A stretch of 64,000 bases of DNA from Eledone cirrhosa (GCA_964016885.1 OZ024742.1:333002001-333066000), one strand, 5' to 3'. Shown: positions 29,752 through 48,930, numbered from the stretch's first letter. Notes: generated by a model from the sequence alone, not told the origin. Translations and numbers: made by a program.

Positions 29752-29810
29752 TATATATATATATATATATATGATATATATATGACATATATATATATAT
29801 ATATATATAT

Positions 29811-30003
29811 AACGAAGGAAATGTGCTAAGGAACCAGGTGGACCATAACGCACCAAACTACTCAATACTTGGGGTAGTAGAGTGGGTAATAGGTACCAGT
29901 AAGACCCCGACGGCTGAGGTCAAGCCGTTTCGACGGCTAATTCTGGACTAGTCCATAATTAGCCGTCGAAACGGCTTCAGCTCAGCGGTCGGTGTCTTAC
30001 TGG

Positions 30004-30007
<4 letters not shown>
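29811..30007. mobile_element. Family H hairpin insertion
   Basis: Arms about 29896-29942 / 29957-30004; minus strand reads GAAA-cggct tgacctc agccg-TC-ggggtc (helix III plus GUC). Confidence 0.75.
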
Positions 30008-30044
<37 letters not shown>

Positions 30045-30095
30045 AAATATTAAACAAATAATGAATAAACAATTCCTTATATTAAACAAAAAAAG

Positions 30096-30250
30096 TTCAT
30101 TATTTAACGATCGTTTCTAGGGTATATATGTGTTATAATTGGTATGCATATTCAACAGATCTATGTACAAAATTATACAAAATTATACAAATTATCAAGA
30201 TTAAATATACATACCTAACACATATATACGCCGTCTTCAGAAATAATGAA
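30096..30250 (-). ncRNA. Type I HHR of N1 with 116-nt helix II region (copies 36646-36800 minus, 37705-37859 plus)
   Basis: ttcattattt-CTGAAGA-cggcgtatatatgtgtta...taacacatatataccct-a-GAAA-cgatcgtt-aaataatgaa; 10-bp helix I. Confidence 0.85.
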
Positions 30251-31072
30251 GTATATTTATTGATAATAACAACAATTCAAAATATCAGTTCAAAATTGAC
30301 CAATGAAAACACAAAGGGTTAAAAGCAGTTCGGTGTGTGTATATACATGTAAAATCCTTACACATATTTTACAAAAATGTGTGTATAATTTGTATACGCA
30401 TACTAAAAAGATGGATGCAAACACAAAATTTCAAGGTTAATATCTCTGTAAGCTTAAAATGCGCTGATAAGATGCGCATTGATACTTATGGAGTCAAGCA
30501 TATAAATATATTTTTTCATACTCACACATATCAGTATAATCACACATACATGCGCGTATATGCATAAATATACACATAACCACGAACATACAAACACACA
30601 CACACCCCCACTCACATTTATATATGTGGATATAAAATCATAAGCACATAGAAATTAAATCACTCACATAAAACACTGGCACACACATTTCAAGATCAAG
30701 ATACAGAAATTAGGTGGGAGGGGGGGGAGGGGTCAGTATTCAATTGTCTGAGCAGACTGCCTAATATAAATGTATCTATAAATTAAGAAAAATAAAAAAA
30801 TAAAACAATAAAATATAATAAATATAATATAATATACATACACATACAGATATATATACACACACATACATGTACGCGCACATAGAAATATTTACGCATA
30901 CACACATACACACATACATATACAGTCATACACACACATACACTTACACGAACATACACATACACATATAAAAAGATATATATATACACACACACACGCG
31001 CAACACATACACACATACACATATATATAAAAAAGATAGATAATAAAGATATATATCCATATATATATATAT

Positions 31073-31119
<47 letters not shown>

Positions 31120-31218
31120 TATACACATATATACATATACATACACATACATCTAAATATACATACACATACATACACACATACATGTACATACATGTAC
31201 ATACATATACGCACATCG

Positions 31219-31266
<48 letters not shown>

Positions 31267-31759
31267 TCACATAGACATATAGATACATACACACACAACT
31301 TACATACACACGTATATATATATATATATAGATGTACCTTCATACATAGAATTAGATATATAATCATACATACATATGCACCTACTTATACTCATATATA
31401 TAAATACATACGCTTCCATATATGTGTATATACATAAAAAACAATACAACCTCACCAAACTCAGACATACAAATAAAAATAATAATAAAAAGGCATATGT
31501 ATATACATACACACACGCATTAATAGAGATATATATATATACACACATACATACACATATATATATATATACACACATATATATACACATACATACATAT
31601 ATATATATATATACATATATATATACACACACATAGACTCATACATACATATATATATATATATATATAAACATATATATCCACACACTCATACCACCAT
31701 AAATACACATACAAACACCCACATGTATATATATATATATCTATATACACACACGTATA

Positions 31760-31795
<36 letters not shown>

Positions 31796-31952
31796 CACAC
31801 ACATAAAAAACAGACATGCACATATATATATATATATATTTTATTACTCTTATATATACACATATTATATATACATACACAACCTCACTTATACACATAT
31901 ACACATAAGTTATATTATAATAATAAAGAATAATATACATATATATATATAC

Positions 31953-31984
<32 letters not shown>

Positions 31985-33287
31985 ATACATACATACACAT
32001 ACATACATACACATAAACATATACATACATAAATACACACATACGAATAAAGACATATATTCACACATAGACACCTATACATATATATATATATATCTAT
32101 ATATATATATATACATACATACATATATATATATATATACACATACACATACACACACACACACAGACACACATACACATTCACATATATATATATATGT
32201 GTATGTGTGTGTGCGCACATACACATATATACACACACACATACAAACACACACAAATACATACATATGCATACGTGCACACACACACACATGTATCACA
32301 TAGATACGAAGATAAACATATAAATAGAGAGACATACATATATATACACAACACACATACACATACATACATACACGCATATACATATACATACATATAT
32401 ACACATATATATATATTCCTATATATACAAGCATACACATACATACACATATATACACATACATACACATATACATACAACACATTCACATACACATACA
32501 TATATAATGCATATATATACATATATATACATACATATGTATGTACAATCATATATACACACACGATCTTACATTCATATTTGCATGCTCATATATGTAT
32601 TTTTATATTTAGATATAAATACCCAAACCTATATAGACACCTACCTACATATATATTCATACATAGACGCTTACAAATACAGATGATAATAGTATGGGGG
32701 AAAGGGGGGGTTTGGAGAAGGGGATCAAAGTAAATATATGTTTCAAGAAACATATAATATTTTCCGTATCTTAATTCAATGTATGTTCTTACATATTTTC
32801 AGTGCTAGGAAATACGAAATCTATGCATCTCAAAATAAATAAGTATACCATTAATCATATGTTAACTAAACCAAAGATAGTCAACATATTGATTTCTAAG
32901 GTGTAAATTAGTTAGGTTTATAATATTTGAAGCAGAATTTTGAAGTCAAACAGCAGTAGATTATTAATTACAGTATAACTAAATTAAAGTTAATAACGTT
33001 ATGGTATCAATATTAGGAGATGAATTTAGTAATAGGGAAAAGAAACCCAAATAAAAATAAAATAAAGTATTACATCGGTAGTAGCATATAAATTATATGT
33101 TAACTAAATTAAAAATTATATATTTATTTCAATAGTATACGTTAATTAGTATATGTTAATTAGGTATACAATACATAAAGCAGATATTGTATTTCATCAA
33201 TAGCATAATATAATTATATGCAAATAGAAATCAAAATTAATACGCATACATATACATATACATACACATACACATATACATACATAT

Positions 33288-33332
<45 letters not shown>

Positions 33333-33861
33333 TACACATATATGCATACATACAGATACACATACACAACACACACATATACATACACATATACATATAC
33401 ATATCTTTTTCAAAAAATTGCACAGAATATATTAACTAGGTATATATCCAAAACACATCCCATTCTATGATTACATGACATTCTGCAATTCGTCTGTATA
33501 AGGATACTAATTTTAAGCAAATTAAAATTAAAATTTTTAGGTTGATTAAAACTAAAACCAAATAATAAATATATTTCCAAAATGTATATTAATTAGGTCT
33601 ATAATACTAAAAATTATTTCTCTGTCATTGGATACATGATATAATTTTGTTATATTTTATCTGTAAAAGAATTATAATAAAAGGTTTAAATAAATTAAAA
33701 TTAATCTATAAATTAAATTACTAAGTATATATTAGTAATATTTAAAGGTTTTTCACAATTTATGATTACATAATATTTTCTCATCTGTAATAAAATATTA
33801 ATTAAATTAAATTTATAGGTTAACTAACATTTAAATTAAATTAATTTCTAGAATAATGTTA

Positions 33862-36302
33862 TTAATTAGGTTTATAATATTTAAATGTTTTTTTTAGTTT
33901 ATGATTACACGATATAATTAATTCCTGTCGTTTATTTAATAAGATATCCTTAGACTTCATTATTTCAAATAGTTCTTGGGAACATAATCTACATTCCTTT
34001 CTATTATTTTGATAAGGGGTGGCTCTTTTGAGCACACTCCAGGTCAAATCATATTTTATATTCTTATTTTTATAACTATTGATTTTTTCTGCTAGAGATG
34101 TTGTATTAGCCAGTGCGGCATTTTAAAACTATGCTTGTGGGTATTAAACCTTGTCTTAAAATTGTTAGAGGTAGCTCCTATATATGAGCAAATAGAATCT
34201 TTAGTTTTAACATTACATTTATAGACTATGTTGTTAACAAGACAATTCCCTTTTAATGGGCAGTTTGTTTTGTTTCTACAGTTACATCCTTTCGTTAATT
34301 CTGTATTTGAGGAGATATTATTGTTAATTTGATGTACTGGTGGTATACTTATGGTTTTCTTACATTTATATGCATTATATGCACTTATATTTTGTTTTAT
34401 GTTATTTGTTGTAGAGTATGAGAATTTAACTGTAGACCTATTTAAGATTTGATGGTATTTGTGGTTTGGCGGGAAGTTTTTCTCAAGGATATAAAAAAAT
34501 TTTTTAGCAATATTATCCTTAACTTGTAAATTAAAAGGAGCATTATACCAAGTAACTCGTCTATTACGGTTTCTATGTTGTTTATTATTTTTATTATTTT
34601 TATAGGTTGTATCATGATTTTTACTAGGAGGATTAATGTTAATGATCTCACCACAACTATTTTTAGTTATATTTGTAGATTTAGGTGTTTTATCTTTTTT
34701 ATTAGGAGTTTTATTATTAATATTTATTATAGTTGTATGATGAGTAGTTTTTTGAGGGTTACTATACTTTATATTAGAAGATTTAGTATTTTGGGGTATA
34801 TTGTGGGTGGCATTTAGGTGTGTACTTTTCATTTGGTGTTTGTTGGTAATATTATGCTGTATGCTTTCAGTATTTTTAGTAGAAGGTATATACTCTAATC
34901 TATTTTTGTGGCCACTTCTATCTAGAGCTTCATTATAAAAGGTCGCATTTTTATCAAATACATCTTGGTTAGAAGAAAGGTTAGAAATTCTAAGTGATAT
35001 ATTATATGCAAGGTTTTTAAGGATAGATTTAGGGTGATTAGATTGTGAGTGTATGTAATGTAAGTTTTGGTTAGGTTTATGGTAAGGTTGGTATATACCC
35101 GTAGCTAAATGTAAAGTTATATCTAGGAAATTTACTACTTTACTTGTTTTTTCAAAAGTAATATTAAGATTATAATAGTCTTTAAGGAAAGTTCTAATAT
35201 GTTTTTTGTTTTTTTCGATTTCTGAAAGGCTAAGGTTGTTAGAAAGAAGAAGACAGTCATCACGATATAAACCACCTTTGAGGTGGGGAAAAGAGGCATT
35301 TATGTTGAAAAGGAGAAAGAGGCCCACAAGATCAGTAATTTGGGCGGAATCGCTTGAACCCATAGTAATATCAAAAAGATTACTGTATGTGTTTCTGGTC
35401 CAGTATTCATTCTGAAATTCAATAAGTGTTAGTCTAGCATGTGTAATAATGTTAATGTCATCCGAAGTTAAATTAGATCTATTTTTAGCAAATATTAATG
35501 CTTTGTTCAGGAGTATAGGTGATATAGAAGAATAGTAATTATCTATATCAAATTGTAGGAAAGAAGCAGAAGATTTACACCTAATATTTTTAAACCAGTT
35601 AATTACCTGGGAGGTGTTTTCCCAGAGTGGTAAAATAACGTGTTTTCTTATTTGTGGGATGACTCTATCTAAAATTTTTTTGCTAATTATTCCAATATCT
35701 GATTTGGAGGGACATATAAGTCTAATAGAAGGATTAGAGTTAAAGTTAGATTTGTGATCTTTCAGGTTGAAGTGTGGTCTTTTCAATGCCAAAGGTTCAG
35801 TTCTATCTTCAATGTTTAGTTTTTTTACTATGTTGTGTGTTTTGTTGTTGATGTTGGTGAGTGACACATTATTAGATTTTTTATAATTTTTTCTGAGTTC
35901 TTTATATATGAACTCATTATAATGTTCAATATCCATATGATACAAGTTACCAGTTTTGTCCGAGTGGACATGGATTTTTTTAGACTTTTTTAGGTCCAAT
36001 AGGGTAGAATCAAGGTCCTTTTGAAAGACGGATTTATACTTTTTAAATTTGAGGTGTTTAATTAAATTAAAAAGGTCTTTCTCGAAGTCTTCAAGTAAAA
36101 AGTTGTGTGGTGGATTCTTGTAAGTATTGAAATCATACATATATTTCCGATCTGCTTGTTTAGATTTTCTATCGAAGTGGTAGGCTCTCCATCTAACCCT
36201 TCTGATAAAATTATTAGTTTTCTGAATCATAAGGAGTAAGAAGTCGTCCTTAGAAGGTATTGGTATGTTTTTTAAGGAGGTTCCTAAATATTGTTTTTCC
36301 AT
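33862..36302 (-). CDS. PLE reverse transcriptase + C-terminal GIY-YIG endonuclease, one frameshift near 34125
   Basis: SLKNIPIPS...FIRRVRWRAYHF, QFDIDNYYSSI, ITMGSSDSA, LYRDD, NFLDITL, WYNAPF, CNCRNKTNCPLKGNC, IVYKC...YIGAT, CRLC; ATG at 36302; ORFs 34092-36323 and 33862-34047 join if one A is restored (compare 45730). Confidence 0.93.
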
Positions 36303-38047
36303 TGTGATATGGATGATGGACAATTGAAAGAGCTCAACTAAATGTATATGGGTTTACAAAATCATACATATATATATGTTTATACATAAATATAAAATTA
36401 ATACACACATACAGTACAAAAATACGAATATTTCCGTGAAAATAGGAGCAAAATTATGTAGATAAATCTACCAAGAGTTTACGGTAGTGTCCAATCCGTA
36501 TGAAGAACTCAATGTATTCCGGATATCATGGAAAGAAGAGATGTAATGAAAATCCACTTTCGGTGAAAGATAAACGGTATACAGAGTCAAGATAAAATAT
36601 TAAACAAATAATGAATAAACAATTCCTTATATTAAACAAAAAAAGTTCATTATTTAACGATCGTTTCTAGGGTATATATGTGTTATAATTGGTATGCATA
36701 TTCAACAGATCTATGTACAAAATTATACAAAATTATACAAATTATCAAGATTAAATATACATACCTAACACATATATACGCCGTCTTCAGAAATAATGAA
36801 GTATATTTATTGATAATAACAACAATTCAAAATATCAGTTCAAAATTGACCAATGAAAACACAAAGGGTTAAAAGCAGTGTATATATATATATATGGATA
36901 TATATCTTTATTATCTATCTTTTTTATATATATGTGTATGTGTGTATGTGTTGCGCGTGTGTGTGTGTATATATATATCTTTTTATATGTGTATGTGTAT
37001 GTTCGTGTAAGTGTATGTGTGTGTATGACTGTATATGTATGTGTGTATGTGTGTATGCGTAAATATTTCTATGTGCGCGTACATGTATGTGTGTGTATAT
37101 ATATCTGTATGTGTATGTATATTATATTATATTTATTATATTTTATTGTTTTATTTTTTTATTTTTCTTAATTTATAGATACATTTATATTAGGCAGTCT
37201 GCTCAGACAATTGAATACTGACCCCTCCCCCCCCCTCCCACCTAATTTCTGTATCTTGATCTTGAAATGTGTGTGCCAGTGTTTTATGTGAGTGATTTAA
37301 TTTCTATGTGCTTATGATTTTATATCCACATATATAAATGTGAGTGGGGGTGTGTGTGTGTTTGTATGTTCGTGGTTATGTGTATATTTATGCATATACG
37401 CGCATGTATGTGTGATTATACTGATATGTGTGAGTATGAAAAAATATATTTATATGCTTGACTCCATAAGTATCAATGCGCATCTTATCAGCGCATTTTA
37501 AGCTTACAGAGATATTAACCTTGAAATTTTGTGTTTGCATCCATCTTTTTAGTATGCGTATACAAATTATACACACATTTTTGTAAAATATGTGTAAGGA
37601 TTTTACATGTATATACACACACCGAACTGCTTTTAACCCTTTGTGTTTTCATTGGTCAATTTTGAACTGATATTTTGAATTGTTGTTATTATCAATAAAT
37701 ATACTTCATTATTTCTGAAGACGGCGTATATATGTGTTAGGTATGTATATTTAATCTTGATAATTTGTATAATTTTGTATAATTTTGTACATAGATCTGT
37801 TGAATATGCATACCAATTATAACACATATATACCCTAGAAACGATCGTTAAATAATGAACTTTTTTTGTTTAATATAAGGAATTGTTTATTCATTATTTG
37901 TTTAATATTTTATCTTGACTCTGTATACCGTTTATCTTTCACCGAAAGTGGATTTTCATTACATCTCTTCTTTCCATGATATCCGGAATACATTGAGTTC
38001 TTCATACGGATTGGACACTACCGTAAACTCTTGGTAGATTTATCTAC

Positions 38048-38270
<223 letters not shown>

Positions 38271-38277
38271 TATATAC

Positions 38278-38310
<33 letters not shown>

Positions 38311-38311
<1 letters not shown>

Positions 38312-38664
38312 TAGAAAGTGAGGGTTTTTTTACAAAATGAAAAAATAACCGAGGTGTCCTACACGAGTGGAAGTATAAAGAAAAAGGGATGAAATCGAAA
38401 ATGCAACTGAAGTCTTATTTTTTTTTTAAATATATATATTTATTTGGTTCCTTTACCGGTTTCACAGTTCTTCTGCTTTTCAAAAGGTGAGTTGAGATGG
38501 AGGGTCTGTGGTTTTTCTCACATCTGAGAAAAACCACAGACCCTCCATCTCAACTCACCTTTTGAAAAGCAGAAGAACTGCGAAACCGGTAAAGGAACCA
38601 AATAAATATATATATTTTTTTAAAAAATAAGACTTCAGTTGCATTTTCGATTTCATCCCTTTTT

Positions 38665-38671
<7 letters not shown>
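38311..38671 (+). mobile_element. Family C near-perfect palindrome with variant-core HHR (38558-38595)
   Basis: Arms 38374-38520 / 38525-38671, tail 38311-38373; cctt-TTGAAAA-gcag aagaa ctgc-GAAA-ccggta-aagg. Confidence 0.8.
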
Positions 38672-38714
<43 letters not shown>

Positions 38715-38824
38715 TTTATACATATATATATGTATATGTATATATATATCATATATATATATGTATATATATATATATATCATATATATATATATATATA
38801 TATTATAAATATATATATATATAT

Positions 38825-38929
<105 letters not shown>

Positions 38930-38959
38930 TACATATATATGTATATATATATATATATC

Positions 38960-39117
<158 letters not shown>

Positions 39118-39147
39118 ATATGTATATATATATATCATATATCATAT

Positions 39148-39181
<34 letters not shown>

Positions 39182-39191
39182 CATATATTCA

Positions 39192-39235
<44 letters not shown>

Positions 39236-39242
39236 TCATATA

Positions 39243-39315
<73 letters not shown>

Positions 39316-39443
39316 TATATACATATATATATATATGTAGGAGGTGAGTTTTATTGTAGTACAATAAAGCAATGCAGATATCGGATAAGAAGCCCTCTAC
39401 AGTTTGTAGGACTGGAGTATACATAATATATAAGAACAAAAGA

Positions 39444-41263
39444 ACTACCTGTTAGATTAATCGCCCCCTCTAAATCAGATCTGTGTGTTGTTAGTAAAGC
39501 CATCTTGGATAGAATTATCCCACAGGTTCGTTCTAATTGCTCTTCTTTGAACCTAAATTTATGGTTTGGTACTTCTGAAGTGATTAGCTGGTTCAACAAA
39601 TTGAATAATAATAACAAACTAAAATTGTTCAATTTGATATTGCCAACTACTATTCTTCTATTTCGCCTTCACTTCTCAATAATGCTCTATCTTTCACACT
39701 TAAATATTCTGACATCACCACAGACGAACTTCACATCATTCCCACCGCGCGTAAAACCATCCTAGAGTTCAACAACTAATATTGGACCGGAGCCGATACC
39801 TCTAACAAGTTCGACATCACAATGGGAGCATCCGATTCATCCCAATTGACAGATTTAATTGGTATCTTTATTTTGAACTCTTTGAGTCGGAAAACTCCTC
39901 AACTTCGCGGTGGAATTTATCGTGGCGATGGACTCTTTACTATCTTAAATTGCAACATAGTTAACCTTAATATTATTAAGAACAATATACGTAATCTCTT
40001 TAACCAACATAACCTAAAAATTGAATTTGATAACAGCATCAAACTAGCTAATTTTTTGGATTTATCTCTTAATCTTTACACTGGCCTATATTACCCTTAC
40101 CATAAAAACAATGAGAACCTAAATTATGTTAACTTTAATAAATTATGTTAACTTTAAATCTAACCATCCTACTAATATCAAGAATGCTATAGTTAGTAAT
40201 ATTGGAAAAAGAATATCTAACCTATCTTCTAATAAAAACATCTTTGATGCTAACGTCAATTACTATAATAACGCGCTTTCTAAAGCCGGCTATCCTGATA
40301 CAATATAGTAAAGAAACAAATTCTAGAAGAACTTACAGTAGAATAATTAATCATGATAATTCCAATAACTTTAATAAAAGACCTAGATACAAAAACATAA
40401 TCTGGTATAATGCTCCTTTCTCCATCTCTATTAATAACAATATTCCTAAATTATTCTTTAGTGCCTTAAATAAATGCTTCCCTCCCTCACATATCTATAG
40501 TAAAATATTTAACAAACACACTATAAAATTTTCCTATTCTACATCCTCCAACATTTCCAACATTATCTCTAAACACAACAATAAAATACTAAATACTAAA
40601 TCTCTTCCTTCCAACACTGAATATCATAATAATAGTAATAGTACTCCCGACGTCATTGTAAACCCTAGGCTAATTTCTGCAAACCCACATACAACGTCAA
40701 ACACAACTTCGCTAAATGTTCTTAATCCCATTCTAAATCAAAAAACTATTATTCCTATCGCAAATAACTTCTCCAATCCAATTTCTTCTATAGATAACAC
40801 TAGGTCACTCGTTAATAATCTCTCTAATCGCAATTGCAATTGCCCTATTAAAAATAAATGTCCTCTCAACAACCATTGTCTTGATAAAAACTTGATTTAC
40901 GAATGTAAAGTTATAACTGACACCAATTCCTTCACCTATTTTGGCTCCACTTCCACCTCTTTTAAAGCTCGTCTTTATAACCATTATTTGTCTTTTAAAT
41001 ACAAACTTAAAAGAACCAACACAGCTCTCTCAGAACTCATATGGTCCTTGAAAGACAAAAATATTAAATATAGCATCTTTTGGAAGAAGGTTTCTTCTGC
41101 GTCTCCATACTTGAACAGTTCTCTATCCAAAATTTGCAATCTCTGTCTAAATGAAACATTTACCATTATATCTAATTTAGATTCTATAATAAATAGACGC
41201 ACTGACTTGTTTTCCATCTGCTTGCATAAATTCCATAAAACATTCCACAATGTATACAGCTAA
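39444..41263 (+). pseudogene. Disrupted PLE RT + GIY-YIG ORF
   Basis: VRLIAPSKSD, MGASDSSQ, IYRGD, NFLDLSL, WYNAPF, CNCPIKNKCPLNNHC, YFGST, CNLC; several frameshifts and stops. Confidence 0.88.
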
Positions 41264-42143
41264 TATCCAATTCTTTATCAATTTAAAATCTTTTTCTCAA
41301 AGGCACATATATATATATATATACACTTCTTTTAAAAATATACCCATCTTTCTACCTTATTTCAAAGGTTATTATACATTCTATAATACTTGCTACTCAT
41401 TCTACATCGCTCCTATTTATCACTTCCCTTTCTTCTCTTTTTCTTTTAATGACTAACCCCTAATCTGTACCTTTTCTCACTCTTGGCTAACATAGAATCA
41501 ATTATTACATAATACAATACATTCTTACTCTATATCACCTTGTAAAAATCCTTCGTAAACATATACATTTTTTGACGTTAGATTATTCATCCTCAATTCA
41601 TTATTCTTTTCTCCTTTTCATCTAACTCATTCATGCTAATCTCACAATATATCCTTACTTAAATAACCTGTTGTTCCTTTTAATAATACATTTCAACATT
41701 TTCTTTCCATCGCACATATCATTAAACCCTTAAATATTATTCTTAATACATATTAACATTTTTTTTCATCGCACATATTATTAAACCCCTCAATATACAA
41801 ACCTTAACTTTACATTATTTTTCTCTTCGTTAATTTTCAAATTCTTTTAATTTATACATTATCTTCCAACGGTTTTCAACCTCACTATGTAAAAGAATAT
41901 ATCTTTCTCAGTTATAAAAGCTATCTCTCTCTCTCTATCACCCATCTCTCCTCCTATCTCATCCTTCCTCATTATACTCCTCCCTCTCCACTTTTTACTC
42001 TCATCTCATCCTTTCCACCCCCCCCCCCTCTAAATAAAATATTTTTTTCCCAATATCACACATCAATCTAAAACTACTTCTCATATGTTGATTTAAAACT
42101 GAACTATCCACAAGTGTTTTTTAAACTTCATATCATGTCTTCC

Positions 42144-42215
42144 TGTTTTATCTGATGAAAACACAAATAATATTGCATGATGATATTTATTTTTGAAATG
42201 CGCATAATAAACTAC
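42144..42215 (+). ncRNA. Type I HHR of N2 (copy at 48415-48486)
   Basis: ttttat-CTGATGA-aaacacaaataatattg...tgatatttatttt-t-GAAA-tgcgcata-ataaa. Confidence 0.8.
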
Positions 42216-42242
42216 ATGGAACTCTTTTAACCATCTTTTGTT

Positions 42243-42275
<33 letters not shown>

Positions 42276-42298
42276 TATATACATATATATATATATAC

Positions 42299-42918
<620 letters not shown>

Positions 42919-42951
42919 TATATATACATATATATATATATATATTTATAT

Positions 42952-43165
42952 ATTAGTTATAATAATAATAAATGTGAAGACTAAAATCCAAAGAGGTTCG
43001 ATGAGGATAAATATATATCAAATATATAAGAACACTAGAGCAAACATTTATTAAAATAACAGATTAAAGTTTAAGCAAAGAATCGCTCTTAATGGGATCC
43101 TGTTAAGATCCCGTCAAGGGTGAAAGCAGCGATTCATTGCTTAAACTTTAATCTGTTATTTTAAG

Positions 43166-43168
<3 letters not shown>
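42952..43168. mobile_element. Short palindromic island with one-sided tail
   Basis: Arms ttaaaataacagattaaagtttaagcaa / ttgcttaaactttaatctgttattttaa around a gggatc...gatccc hairpin and GAAA. Confidence 0.6.
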
Positions 43169-43211
<43 letters not shown>

Positions 43212-43379
43212 TATAAAGTGTCAATAGGAATTTTTGTAAACTTTATTAAATTTTATAATTTGTTGCCATATCGGGGTGTGTGTGTGTGTGTGTGTGTGTG
43301 TACGTCTGGGTGTGTGAGTGTGCTTTTCAAATGCATACTTGACATAATCCCATAATTTTTTAGAATCTCCCTCAAATAC

Positions 43380-43900
43380 GCTAAATTTCTACTATACCAG
43401 TGTAATTCCTAACTCTACGCTTTTCATTTGTAAACTTGAAATAAATCAAAATTTTCTTAGAATCTCCATTTCAGCACCAAGGCTATCAAAAATCTTCAGA
43501 ACGCTGTCCAACCATATTTTTTTTAAAGTAAAATCATTCATGTGGCTACTTATCCTAGCGTAACGTATAATCTAAGGGGAAAATATCCTAAATATATTGA
43601 CACACAGCTAGATGCAAAAGGCATCAAAGTTAACTTAAAGCTAAAATATTTAGTCTTATTGTAGACTCATTTTCATTATCGCCTCACCGCTTTTTCGATA
43701 GTGACGTCTAAATAATTAACCATGGAAATGTCGCATCCATACCTCTTCGTCTCTAAACTCTCCCGATAGACTTTGTGCACTAGAACCTCGAAATACCCGT
43801 AATTAGGAACAAATACATCATCAATATACCTACAAACTCTAATGAGGCCTATTCTCCTCATCTTCCTTACCCCTTTCAGATAGCGAAACTATAGAATAAC
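43380..43900 (-). pseudogene. Naiad/Chlamys-like PLE RT fragment
   Basis: CRYIDDVFVPN...VYRESLE...VNYLDVTI, then YNKTKYFSFKLTLMPF...IIRYARISS. Confidence 0.65.
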
Positions 43901-43959
43901 GATGCCCAAATTTATATATTTATATAAATGATAATAATTCAGTTATTTCTGAGATTTCA

Positions 43960-47873
<3,914 letters not shown>

Positions 47874-47890
47874 TATATATATATATATAT

Positions 47891-47922
<32 letters not shown>

Positions 47923-47950
47923 GTATATATTATATATATGTATATTATAT

Positions 47951-48026
47951 GACGTGGGTGGTGGAGATAGAGGTAGTGAAGTGGAGCGAGGGTTGGAAGG
48001 AGCAGAAGAAGGAGAGAAAGGAGTCG
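47951..48026 (-). repeat. Inverted duplicate of the 5' edge of the Neptune-like PLE at 48931
   Basis: Reverse complement of 48931-49006. Confidence 0.85.
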
Positions 48027-48163
<137 letters not shown>

Positions 48164-48192
48164 GTATATATATATATATATATTATATATAT

Positions 48193-48498
48193 GTAGGAGG
48201 TGAGTTTTATTGTAGTACAATAAAGCAATGCAGATATCGGATAAGAAGCACTCTACAGTTTGTAGGACTGGACTATACATAATATATAAGATCAAAAGAT
48301 GGTTAAAGGAGTTCCATGTATTTTATTATGCGCATTTCAAAAATCAACATATGATATGTTGATTTAAAACTGCACTATCCACAAGTGTTTTTTAGCCTTC
48401 ATATCATGTTCTCCTGTTTTATCTGATGAAAACACAAATATTATTGCATGATGATGTTTGTTTTTGAAATGCGCATAATAAAATACATGAAGCTCCTT
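48193..48498 (+). mobile_element. N2 mini-insertion (inverted tail + pLTR with HHR, no ORF)
   Basis: 48193-48299 matches 39337-39443; 48354-48498 matches 42085-42227. Confidence 0.88.
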
Positions 48499-48504
48499 AT
48501 ATAT

Positions 48505-48601
<97 letters not shown>

Positions 48602-48613
48602 CATATATATATA

Positions 48614-48656
<43 letters not shown>

Positions 48657-48679
48657 TATATATACATATATATATATAC

Positions 48680-48720
<41 letters not shown>

Positions 48721-48729
48721 TATATATAC

Positions 48730-48778
<49 letters not shown>

Positions 48779-48779
48779 T

Positions 48780-48811
<32 letters not shown>

Positions 48812-48869
48812 CATATATATAATATATATATACATACATATATATAATATATATATATATATACATATA

Positions 48870-48930
<61 letters not shown>

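Larger units (their letters stand above)
39337..42247 (+). mobile_element. 5'-truncated Nematis-like PLE (family N2) with inverted tail 39337-39443
   Basis: RT/EN homology with N1; 3' end aaccatcttttgttcttatata is complementary to tatataagaacaaaaga at 39427. Confidence 0.88.

Noticed and set aside
30128-30567. Identical 64-aa and 76-aa ORFs repeated at 36678 and 37388-37827
   Set aside because: Antisense frames within the duplicated pseudo-LTR; identity reflects DNA duplication
34092-36323. Selenocysteine-containing PLE
   Set aside because: No in-frame TGA in the ORF; the only break is a frameshift, and I saw no SECIS
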